A stretch of 64,000 bases of DNA from a virus. Positions 18,971-29,600 of the stretch are shown piece after piece. Both the position numbers and the translations under genes were made by a program. Location of the stretch: the IMG/VR virus record IMGVR_UViG_3300023301_001182, positions 1-64,000 of that record; one strand, 5' to 3'. A model generated the notes under the pieces. That model worked only from the letters and a program-made list of their open reading frames with translations. It was not told the DNA's origin and did no database searches. Numbering within the stretch: the stretch's first letter is position 1; each line of letters starts with the position of its first letter.

Positions 18971-21900
18971 ATGGAAGACGAAGTTATAGAAGATAATGGA
19001 TTACTTAATGAGTATTTAAGTAAAAAATATGCACCAAAAGATAGGTCTATATATGCTAAACCAAGTGATGTCAGTTCTTTTACTGGATTTAATACAGGTA
19101 TAGGAACTGCTGGTAAGTATGATGAAGGGTTTGAGGCTAAACTTCATATGGGTGATAGTTCTTTTGATAATGCCTTAAATACATACAGAGCTAAAAGTCA
19201 ATCTGGATTACAACAATTTGGTAATGCACTTGTAAGATTAACTAATATTATACCAGAAGCAGTTGGAAGTATTGGTTCTGCATTAGATTTTGAAGATTAC
19301 TTTAATTCCGATAAAGAAGTTGGTAATTGGTTAACATCTATGATGGAAGAGTGGAAAGCTGCTACTGCTGAGGCTCTACCTATATATAGAGAAACCCCAG
19401 GTAAAACCTTTGATATAGGTGATTCTGGATGGTGGTTTGATAATGGTTCGTCTTTAGTTAATTCTATAGGAGGTTTTGCACTTGGTGGAGGTATATTATC
19501 TAAAGGTCTTGTAGGGTTAAGTAAACTTTCTAAAATAGGAATATTAACAGAAAGTATTATAGGAGCTAATAAAGCTAAACAAGTTGGAAGAATAGCTCAT
19601 AATGTTGCAACATCTACAATGTTAAATCAGGCTGAAAGTATATTAGATGCTACAGATGTATATGACGAAACATATGCTAGAACATTGTCACAACTAAAAG
19701 CTAAAGGTGATATAAATGTTGAAGATAAAGCTAGACAAAAAGCAGCAGATGCAGCTAGTGTCACAATTAATACTAACCGTATTAATATATTATTAAATTT
19801 AACATCTGCTAATCGATTTTTAAAATCCCCTACATTAACTAGAAGGCTCTTAGAAAAACAAACTCTTAAAAGAAGTATGGACCGAGCTTTTATGGAAGGT
19901 GGGCAGGAGTATGCAGAAGAGGTTATAAATTATGTTGCTGGACAAAAAGGTAGAGCATTTGGTAAAGATGAAGATTATACATTTAACTCTCTAATTAAAG
20001 ATGTAAGTTCACCTGAAGCTGCAGAGGCAGGTGTAATGGGTTTTATTGGCGGTATGGGTCAGACAGCTCTTACTAAAGAAGGGTTCCAAAGAATAGCTAA
20101 AACAACAGATCCTAAAACAGGTAAAAAAATAAGTATTAAACAATATGATAGAAATAGATATGATGAACAAAGGTCTATTATAGAAGAATATGAAAATAAT
20201 GCTAAAGTTTCAGATGTAAAATTTTTTACAGATCAGTTTGAAAGTATTGGTGATAAAATAAAAATACAAGAATCTTATAAAAAAGCATTAGAGGATGGTA
20301 ATGATGAAGAAGCCTCTAGAATAGCAAATTTATCATTAGATCTACAAGCTTATAGTTCTTTCCAAAATGGTACTACAGAGTCATTAATTAAACTTTATGA
20401 GGAGTTAAAAGAAGGTGAACAAAAAGAGGGTATGCCAGATAATTATAAGGAAAAGGCACAAGAAGGTATTGATAAGATAAAAAAATTAGAAAAAATATAT
20501 AATAGTTCTTCTAAATTTGCTAATGTAAAAGAAGTATTTTTAAATAGGACTAGTAATGTAGAATTAGAAAATAAATATAATGAAAGTACTACTATATTAA
20601 ATAATAATAAAGCAGAGTTACAAAAAGAAATTGATAGATTAGTAGAACATTCTAAATATAAAAATATAGAAGATAATGTAGATATAGATATAAATGATTT
20701 AGGAAAATTAAAGAAAACTGCTCCTAAATTATATGATGCAATACAAGGTCTACCTCACTATAATCCAGAATTAAAGAAATTACAAGAAGATGATTATAAA
20801 GCTATTGCAAATAATGACAAGTCTTATAAAAAAATAACAAGTAAAGATTTTCAAGATAGATATAAAAATGCAAAGGAAGAGGCTTATAATACTGTTATAA
20901 AGGAATTAGAAAAACAAGATGTAATAGATAAAGAACTTGAGATAATTAATAATATAGATAATAAGGATGATTTAGATAGCTATAAATTATCTACATCATC
21001 AGATACAACTATACAGGATGCCTATAATGCTAAATTAAATGAATTAAAAGATATTTCTGATGAGGTTATAAATAAACAAGCAGATACTCAAACAACCAAA
21101 ACTGAAGAAATTAATCAGGAAAAAGAAGTCGAAGTAGAAGATGATATAGAGGCTAGTAATAATATTATTAATAATTCCAATGTAGGAGAGATTCTTCCTA
21201 TTACACCAGAACTTATTAAACTTGCCAAACTAGATCCTAATTTGTTAGAAGATGCAGGCGGAGCTTTAATTGAAAGTATTGATGGTAATAAGATTAAAAT
21301 TAATATAATAGCAACTGGTGAAAGTAAAATTATAACTTTAGATAAACCTTTACAAACTATACAAGACCCAGAGTTAGATTATAGTACAGATGGTTCTTTA
21401 AATCATGATACTTTAATACCAAAAACAAATGAAAATAAAGGCTCTAGTAAAGCCACTGATGCAGGATCTGGTACATCTTTATTAAGTACTAATATGAGTA
21501 CAGGAGAGAGGCTTGATTTCGTTTCTGAAGCCTATTTAGACTATGAGAGAGAACCTATTGATAAGAAAGGTAAAGGTGTTAACTTTGAAATAAACTTTAA
21601 AGCTGGTAAAAATATTAGTTGGGATAATGCTATAGGTATTTATGATAAATTTAAAAAAGGTAAAGTTCTTAATGCAAAAGAAGTAGAAATATTAATTAAA
21701 GATTTACCTATTAATGCAGTCCTTGCAGAGGATGTATTTACACCTATTCATACATCCTATAAATCTAATGGTAATACAGACACTTTTGATAATAGTTCTA
21801 GAATTTTAAGAACTAAAGTTATAAACGCATTACTTAGTGGTGTAGATATAAAAGATATAACATCTATTATAGAAGGTCAATACAAAGGATTCTTACAGAT

Positions 21901-23647
21901 ATCTCCTAGAATAGATGATAGAGTACAAGAAAATAGTCTTTTAGGTTTACACTTTTTAAAAGGAATGTCTAAAGCAGATAAGATTAAAACCATCAAAAAG
22001 AATATAGGATATATAGATAGTGAAGGTAATATTGTTACTAATAGTAAAACAATACCTTTTAATAAACCTAATGCTAGAGGAGAGATGTATTTAATGATTC
22101 CTCAAGCTAATGGTGCATTGTTTCCTTTAAAATTAAACATTAAAAAAATACAGGAATATGATGCTGAGTTATTATCTAAAATAATAAAAATTAGATTAGA
22201 TAACCAACAGATCGGACAATTAACTACATTATCAGAGATAAAAGATAAAGATTTAAAAGCTCAAATAAGTGAAAAGTTTAAAAGTATAGTACCATTAATT
22301 GGTAAGTCATATAAGGATACTAGTATTAAAGACTTAATAGACCTTATTATATTTCAATATGCAGGTATTTCTGGAGAATTTAGCCCTAAGACACAAGTAA
22401 GGTTCTCTGGGACTGGTATAAAGGGTGAACGAGTATTATTATATGGTAATCCTGAACTTAATGGTAAGTCCGTTAATAATGCTGAAGAGTTTGATGTTGA
22501 CCATTTTAAAAATTGGTTATCTGAAAATAAAAGATATAATATTAATGTTCAGCCTAAAAATAATCAGGATAGTAAAGCTAATATTTGGGAGAACACTAAA
22601 TATTTAGAATACTTAGTTGATAATGATATATTAAATACAAATGCTAAAACTAGTGTAGATAATTCTGTACCAACATTTCAGGGTTATAGTAATATCTTTT
22701 TAGATTCTCATAATGTAAAATATCCCTCTTCTCCTACAAAACAAGAAGTAGTTAATGATGATGGAAAAACAGTTGCAACAAGTGAACAAGATTCATCTTA
22801 CTCTAAAAAAGTAGATGGTTCTTTATCATCTAATGAATATAATGGTAAAGCATACTTAGTTACAGGAGTTAGTGGTAAAGTATTTGAAACAACTAATAAA
22901 ATTGATACCTCTAAAGCAATGTCTAACTTAGAACAATTAAGAGGTAATTTAGTTACTGATTCTGATTTAATTTTTGAAATAGAGAAATTACATATAGAAA
23001 GTACTTGGTTTGGTGATGCTGTTTTATTAAAAAGATACGATAATATTAGGAAATCTCAGAAAAATGTTGTACCTTTGCAAAAACCAGCAACTAAAACAGT
23101 TCAACCAGTTGTTTCTAAAACTATAATATCTGAATTAGTTGAATTAAAAGAAACAGTTCAACCAACTACTAAAACAATAAATAAAGAGGAAGCAATAATA
23201 AAACTTGGTGAACTTTTAGATAAAAAAAATCCTGGAAGGGCTATTTCTAAAAGGTTACAAGGTGATCCTGATTTCTATATAGGTGAAATACAAAATGATA
23301 TTTCCAAAGTAGGAACTAATAATTACTGGATAGCTTCTGAGGATATGGGTAAAGCTAATGATTATATGAATATAATTAAAGGTCATACTCCAATAGTTAC
23401 TAAAGAGGCACCTAAAATAGAACCTAAAGTAAAAATTAAAGTAGACCAAACATTGAAAGTAACAACAAAAACAGTTCAAGAATTAACTATGCTTATAGCT
23501 AAAGCAAAATTATTACCTAAAACAGGTAGTAAAGCTTATAATGATATAATCAAAAATGGTACTAACTTGGATAAATTCAATAATTTAAAAGCAATAGCTG
23601 ATAAACATAAATTAGATATATCAACTATAATCAAAAATTGTAAATAA
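18971..23647 (+). CDS. Giant virion cargo/ejection protein
   Basis: 1558 aa with hydrophobic Gly-rich segments and an EGGQEYAEE motif; immediately upstream of the vRNAP. Confidence 0.6.
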   Translation: MEDEVIEDNGLLNEYLSKKYAPKDRSIYAKPSDVSSFTGFNTGIGTAGKYDEGFEAKLHMGDSSFDNALNTYRAKSQSGLQQFGNALVRLTNIIPEAVGSIGSALDFEDYFNSDKEVGNWLTSMMEEWKAATAEALPIYRETPGKTFDIGDSGWWFDNGSSLVNSIGGFALGGGILSKGLVGLSKLSKIGILTESIIGANKAKQVGRIAHNVATSTMLNQAESILDATDVYDETYARTLSQLKAKGDINVEDKARQKAADAASVTINTNRINILLNLTSANRFLKSPTLTRRLLEKQTLKRSMDRAFMEGGQEYAEEVINYVAGQKGRAFGKDEDYTFNSLIKDVSSPEAAEAGVMGFIGGMGQTALTKEGFQRIAKTTDPKTGKKISIKQYDRNRYDEQRSIIEEYENNAKVSDVKFFTDQFESIGDKIKIQESYKKALEDGNDEEASRIANLSLDLQAYSSFQNGTTESLIKLYEELKEGEQKEGMPDNYKEKAQEGIDKIKKLEKIYNSSSKFANVKEVFLNRTSNVELENKYNESTTILNNNKAELQKEIDRLVEHSKYKNIEDNVDIDINDLGKLKKTAPKLYDAIQGLPHYNPELKKLQEDDYKAIANNDKSYKKITSKDFQDRYKNAKEEAYNTVIKELEKQDVIDKELEIINNIDNKDDLDSYKLSTSSDTTIQDAYNAKLNELKDISDEVINKQADTQTTKTEEINQEKEVEVEDDIEASNNIINNSNVGEILPITPELIKLAKLDPNLLEDAGGALIESIDGNKIKINIIATGESKIITLDKPLQTIQDPELDYSTDGSLNHDTLIPKTNENKGSSKATDAGSGTSLLSTNMSTGERLDFVSEAYLDYEREPIDKKGKGVNFEINFKAGKNISWDNAIGIYDKFKKGKVLNAKEVEILIKDLPINAVLAEDVFTPIHTSYKSNGNTDTFDNSSRILRTKVINALLSGVDIKDITSIIEGQYKGFLQISPRIDDRVQENSLLGLHFLKGMSKADKIKTIKKNIGYIDSEGNIVTNSKTIPFNKPNARGEMYLMIPQANGALFPLKLNIKKIQEYDAELLSKIIKIRLDNQQIGQLTTLSEIKDKDLKAQISEKFKSIVPLIGKSYKDTSIKDLIDLIIFQYAGISGEFSPKTQVRFSGTGIKGERVLLYGNPELNGKSVNNAEEFDVDHFKNWLSENKRYNINVQPKNNQDSKANIWENTKYLEYLVDNDILNTNAKTSVDNSVPTFQGYSNIFLDSHNVKYPSSPTKQEVVNDDGKTVATSEQDSSYSKKVDGSLSSNEYNGKAYLVTGVSGKVFETTNKIDTSKAMSNLEQLRGNLVTDSDLIFEIEKLHIESTWFGDAVLLKRYDNIRKSQKNVVPLQKPATKTVQPVVSKTIISELVELKETVQPTTKTINKEEAIIKLGELLDKKNPGRAISKRLQGDPDFYIGEIQNDISKVGTNNYWIASEDMGKANDYMNIIKGHTPIVTKEAPKIEPKVKIKVDQTLKVTTKTVQELTMLIAKAKLLPKTGSKAYNDIIKNGTNLDKFNNLKAIADKHKLDISTIIKNCK
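23046..23077 (+). promoter_or_regulatory. Intragenic Bacteroidota-type promoter upstream of vRNAP
   Basis: TTAG(23046-23049)-N20-TACCTTTG(23070-23077); same elements as the 4868 promoter, but inside a CDS. Confidence 0.5.
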
Positions 23648-23648
23648 T

Positions 23649-26600
23649 ATGGCTTGTACAAGACAAACTAAGATTAATAAACAACCTTCAATATTATTTG
23701 ATACTTTATTTAGTATATCTAATGATGAGTCACTAGCAGAAGAACAATTAGCACATTTTGAAAGTGATGCTTTTAAGGAAGATTTTGCTAAAGATACATC
23801 TACAGGAAAAGTTATTGATTGGGTAGAAGACTCTAGAAAACCTATTCATAGGAGAGAAATAAATCAGAATAGAGTAGATGAAAATGGAGAACCTTTACTA
23901 ATTTTTGACAATAAATATGGAAAATATTATTATTTAAATAAAGATAATAGTAAAATATATTACCCAAAAGCTGTATCAGAATTAAATAGTAGTTATACTA
24001 ATCAAGCTATTAGAGATATAACTAAAAAACTAGCTTTGAATTTTGTAAAAGATAGACTTAGTGATAATTTTAATGAATTTGATTTTTCTAAAAAAGAAGG
24101 AACTATTAGAAAAAGTATTAATGGTAAGATTAGAGAAAGAAGTACTGAATTAGTAAACAGTGGAGATTTTGAACAATTTATAAAAGGTAATCAATTATTA
24201 GAAAGTTTAGATAATATTGATGAATGGGTTAGAAATGTTGAAGATTACTTTAGGGAAATAAAATTAGTTTACAAAGAAACTACTGATATAGAAGACCAAG
24301 ATGCTGAAGAAACTGAAGAGAGAGGTCAATCTTGGGGTACAGCATCATTTGAAAAAAGTACTAAAAATAATATAACAGCTAATATTAAATTATCATTATC
24401 ATTATTACAAAATGAAGGCACTAAAGATGATTTATTCTTTGAAAATGAATTTAGAGACTTCAGTGAAGTATATTCTACATTATCAGGAGTATTAACAAAT
24501 AGAACAGCTAAAACTGGGGAAGATTTATTTGAAACTTATTTAAATGAAGTATTTAAACTTATTCCTAAAAAACCATATTTAGCCCAACTACATGAGCAGT
24601 TAAAAAAAATGAATGATTATAAAAAGGCTGAATTTGTTTCAGCATTTAATCTTCATAAAAATTTATACTATGGTACTGTTTTTAATATTACATCAGAAGA
24701 GGTATATAATGATAATAAAGATAAAATAGGAGATAAATTTACTATTAAACACGATGTATTAAATTTATCAAATGTAGGTGCTAAAGATAGGTTTGTTAAA
24801 AATGGTTGGTATCATAACTTTATAAAGATATTTTCTAATAAGAATAATATAATTGATGCTGAATCTTATGTTAATTTAACTAAGGGCTCTGTAGATTTTA
24901 CTAAATTTAATAATAATTTAAAATTAACTATAAGTGAATATGATAGTTTTGATGATTTAGATCCAATTGTTACAGAATTATTTTCATATTTAGAAAAGAT
25001 TGGTGTTGTAACTACTAAAGAAGGTGTTCAACATTATTTAGATGGGTTAAATTCTGAAAAAGTCGACATAGATACTTATAAAGCTAATATAATAAAATTA
25101 AGCTCAGATACAAAATTTTTACTTACAAGATTAGCTGATAAAACTATTAATTTAAATAGAGTTAATCCTTTTGATGACCAAGATGAACTTAAAAATCTTG
25201 CAAAAGCAGAAGCATTCTATATATCAGAGATGTCAGATGCCTCTATATTTGCAGGAGGTAAATCAAGATGGTTATATTCTTATCCATCATACTTGTCTTC
25301 TAAAATACAAAGTTGGAGAAATGATAGAAGCTTATTATTAGCACATTATGAATTAGATAAACTTAGTAGTTCATCTCATTATATGCATAATTTATTAGCT
25401 CTTGATATTGAAGATATAACTGAAAGATTAAGAACCTCTCAAGAAAGATTAGATGAATTTCAATTAGCTATATTCAATACATTACAAGAAGAAGAAAAAA
25501 CATCCGATGTAGTGGATAATAAAACTATTACTAAAAATGATTTCTTTGCTGATACCTATAATAAATTATTAAGCTTTAAGAAATCAACTTCTAATGGTGT
25601 TATAAATACTACAACTCCTGCAGATAAAGGTACTCAATATCAATTCAAAGCTTCTAAAGGGATGTTATTTACATCTAATGCTAGATATGTAAATGAGAAA
25701 GTTATAATAGATGATAAGGGGTTAAATATCTTATTTGATCATGTAAAAGGTGAGTTTGAAAGAATTAAATCTACACAAAGAGAATTAAATTTTGCAGAAG
25801 AAACTGGTGATAGAAGTAATTTGAAAATGTATAAACATATACAAGAAGATGAAAGTAGACCAAATGGTTTAAACTTTGCATCATTTCCTAGTTTAAATTT
25901 TAATACATTTAATCACGAGAAATCTGGGTTTTCTTTATACAAAGCTGATGGTAAACCAATAGACTTTGATTTGGAAACTGTAAAGGATTTAATAATGCCT
26001 ATTATAGAAGATGTTATAAGTAAAGATATAGAGGCTACTAATAAACACTTACGTGATGCAGGTATAACTGCATTTGATGAGAATGGTATAACAATTAATA
26101 GAGCTATAGATAATCAAATATGGGAATCATATGGAGATATTAATACAGGTTTAAAAGTTGCAGGAGATATATATATTAATGGTTTAATTTCACAACTTGA
26201 ATATTCTAAAATGTTTGCAGGAGATGTTGCATATTATAAGAATATGATGGATTATAAAAAAAGAATTCCAGCTACATATTCAGATGGATTGCAGTTATAT
26301 TTAAGAGCAGGAAAAGAATTTTTTAATGTAGCAGTAATAGAAGGTGTGGAAGTTTCTGTACCATATATGGCTGAACTTATAGAACTTGTAGGTGAAGAAA
26401 TTGCAAGTAATTATACTAAAGTTAATTCAACAGATGCACAAGCTTGGATTACTCCAGAAAGATGGAGATTCTTAAAGCAAAGATTAGGTAAATGGAGTGA
26501 AATTGATGATATAGTTTATGATAAATTAACTGAAGTAAATGAAGAACCATTTACATTAGAAGAATTAAAGCATGCAGCACAGCCATTAAAAGGTGTATAC

Positions 26601-29600
26601 TTTGAAATAAATAATGGTGCACCTGTATATTTAAAATACTCTCAAGCAGTATTACTGCCACAGATAGTTAAAAATAATCCTGAATTACAAAAATTTAAGG
26701 ATAAAATGGATGTTAAAAATATAGATGAGTTAATTACTATTGATGGTATTAAAGTTGGGGCTAATATACCAGTTAAAACTCATGATATCAATGGTAATGT
26801 ATTAAATGATTTTGAATTAACAACTATTCAACTTAAAAATAGTGGATGGAAATTACAACAAGATTTACCTACAAAAGGATTTAAAGATACAGCAGTAGGT
26901 AGTCAAATTCAAAAGAATATATTTACAGGATTAGCTTTTAATAAAGAAGAATTATTTCTAGTAGATGATGAGGAACTCACTGGTGGTGAATTAATTGACC
27001 ATATTAATGATATTGTAGGGTTATTATCTAATAAAGGTGTTGCTAATTTAAAGAAAGAATTTGGTATTGGTTCAGATAATAAAATAACAAATATAAATAA
27101 ACTAAATAAAGTATTAATAGACGAACTTAAATCGAGAGGCTCATCTCAAAATGTAATAAATGCTTTAGAAAGTGGTTTAAGTCCTTTTGGAATTCCAGGA
27201 TCTCAACAAAAATTACAAAATATATTTGCATCAATTGCTACAAAGAGGATAGTTAAAATAAAGACAAATGGTGGCTCTTTTATACAAATAGCTAATTATG
27301 GATATACTAATGATCAAGCTAACTCTAAGGGCGTTATATGGACTCCTTGGGCTAAGGATAAGACTCATGAGCCAGAGTTTTTAAAAAATGAAGATGGTAG
27401 TTTCAAATTATCTGAATCAGGTAAGAAAATAGTAAGACCTGGTGGTATCTTAATTAGTGGTTCTTTTATTGCCAAGTATGTTCCAGGGTATGAGAAAATG
27501 TCTCATGAAGAATTATTTGGTACAAAAGAAAGTAATTACACAGATGGATTAATTGATAGAAAAATACTTGATAATATAGTTGGATATAGAATACCAAATC
27601 AAGCTTTAGCATCTAACGATGCATTAGAAATTGTTGGTATTTTACCTCCAGGTGTTGGTGATTCTGTTGTTGCTTATACAGGTATTACTAAAAAAACTGG
27701 TAGTGACTTTGATATTGATAAAATGTATTTAATGATGGGTTCTTTTAAAGCTACCTTTAAGAATGCCAAGAAAATTAGAGATTATGCAAATAATCAATTA
27801 AGAGGAGACACTATATTAAAGACCGCTGAAAACATAGCAGATTTATTAGATCAATTAGATAGTGAAATAGAAACAGATATCAATGCTGATGATATAGCAT
27901 CTATGATGTTTAGTAAGTCTGATAAAGATTTAAAAAACCAAGAAATAAATAATTTAATAAATATCCTACTAAAGAATAAAATAGAAAATCCTTTTATAAC
28001 AGAATTAAAAACTAAGATTCCAGGTTTTAATAAGATAGGTAGATTAGTATATTCAACACCTAGATCAAATAATCTAGGGGAAATGTCTAAAGATGAATTA
28101 CAGAATAAATTAATAGAGGCTTATAAATCAGTCTTAACAAATTCTTCAGTAATTCAAAATGTAATGACACCTATTGATTATGATTTTATAAAAGATGATA
28201 TATTACAATTGTTTCCAAGACAGGAAGAAAAGGATTTATTTCATTTTAATATTACAGAGGATATAAACTTAAAATATCAATTCTCTGCAGGTAAAGCTGG
28301 TGTAGGACAGACTGCTAATACTATGATGGATCATATAAGAGGTAGTATGGCAGATTTATCTTTTCATAAGTACTATTTAGGTATTGGTGAATTTAGAATA
28401 AAAGATGGTATAAAAGAAACTATATTTGATACAAAAGAGACCTCTAAAGATATAAAAGAAAAAGGCAATAATCAAAAAAGGATAAAAATAACTGATTCAC
28501 TTTCTGCAATACTTAATGCATTTGTTGATATTGCAAAAGATCCTTATATTACTAGAGGAAATTGGAATACTCAAACTGCTAATGTAGGATTTATGCTACT
28601 TAGAGCTGGTGTTCATCCTTTTCATGTAAATGCTTTATTAGGTCAACCTATTTTAAAGGAATATGTAGAATTTGTAACCAATTCAGAATCTAAAATTAAT
28701 AATGATACTGGTAATTTATCTAAGAAATTCTTAAAAGAAAAATTTGGTGAAGAAAAACCATCTTTAAAAATAGATCCTTTATTTGATATAGGTGATTTTA
28801 CTTTAAAAGAATTAAGATCTCAAATTGCTAATACAGAAAGTGATGAATTTATTCAAAAAAATATATTTAAAACCTTTATTGAGTGGCAAAACCAATCTAA
28901 GAAAGTAGGAGAAAATAATAAAGCTTCTAAATTTGATGTAGAAGGGTATGGTAAAAATGTTACATCTCTAATTGTATATAAAAACTTAATTAATAAATTA
29001 CTAATTACTGGGGAATATGAAGCTGGTAATTTTAAAGGTTTTGCTAGTAAATTAAAAAAAGATGGTAAGAATACTTTCTTAGCACATTATAAGGAAGGTA
29101 TCATTGATTTTATAGGGGATGTTATGGTAGCAAATCCAGGTACATTTTTAGTTGCACAACCTGATATTATAGATACATTTAATGAAATATCTAAAGGTGT
29201 TACAGGGGATGTATTAACAAACGATGAATTAGCAACTAAATTGGAAACTGCATATTATTCATACTTAATGTCTGGATTTAAGCCTTTTGATGTTACTAAT
29301 GAAGATAAAGCTGTTTTACTAGAAAGTATTATTAAAGACTTATCTAATTATAAAAAGGGAAGTAAAAATATATTAATTCAAGAATTAGATATTAAATTAG
29401 CTGAACGAGTTGATGGTAAAGAAACTTTCTTTATTGGGATGAACAATAGAAAGAAATCTGTAACTTATGAGACAGATTTAATTGCCGCTTGGTTAGATTT
29501 AATTGAAGATAATCCAAAATTAGCAGAGGATTTAATTAAATATTCATACATTACATCTGGATTTCAGATGAATATGAATCAATTTTATAATCTAATACCT

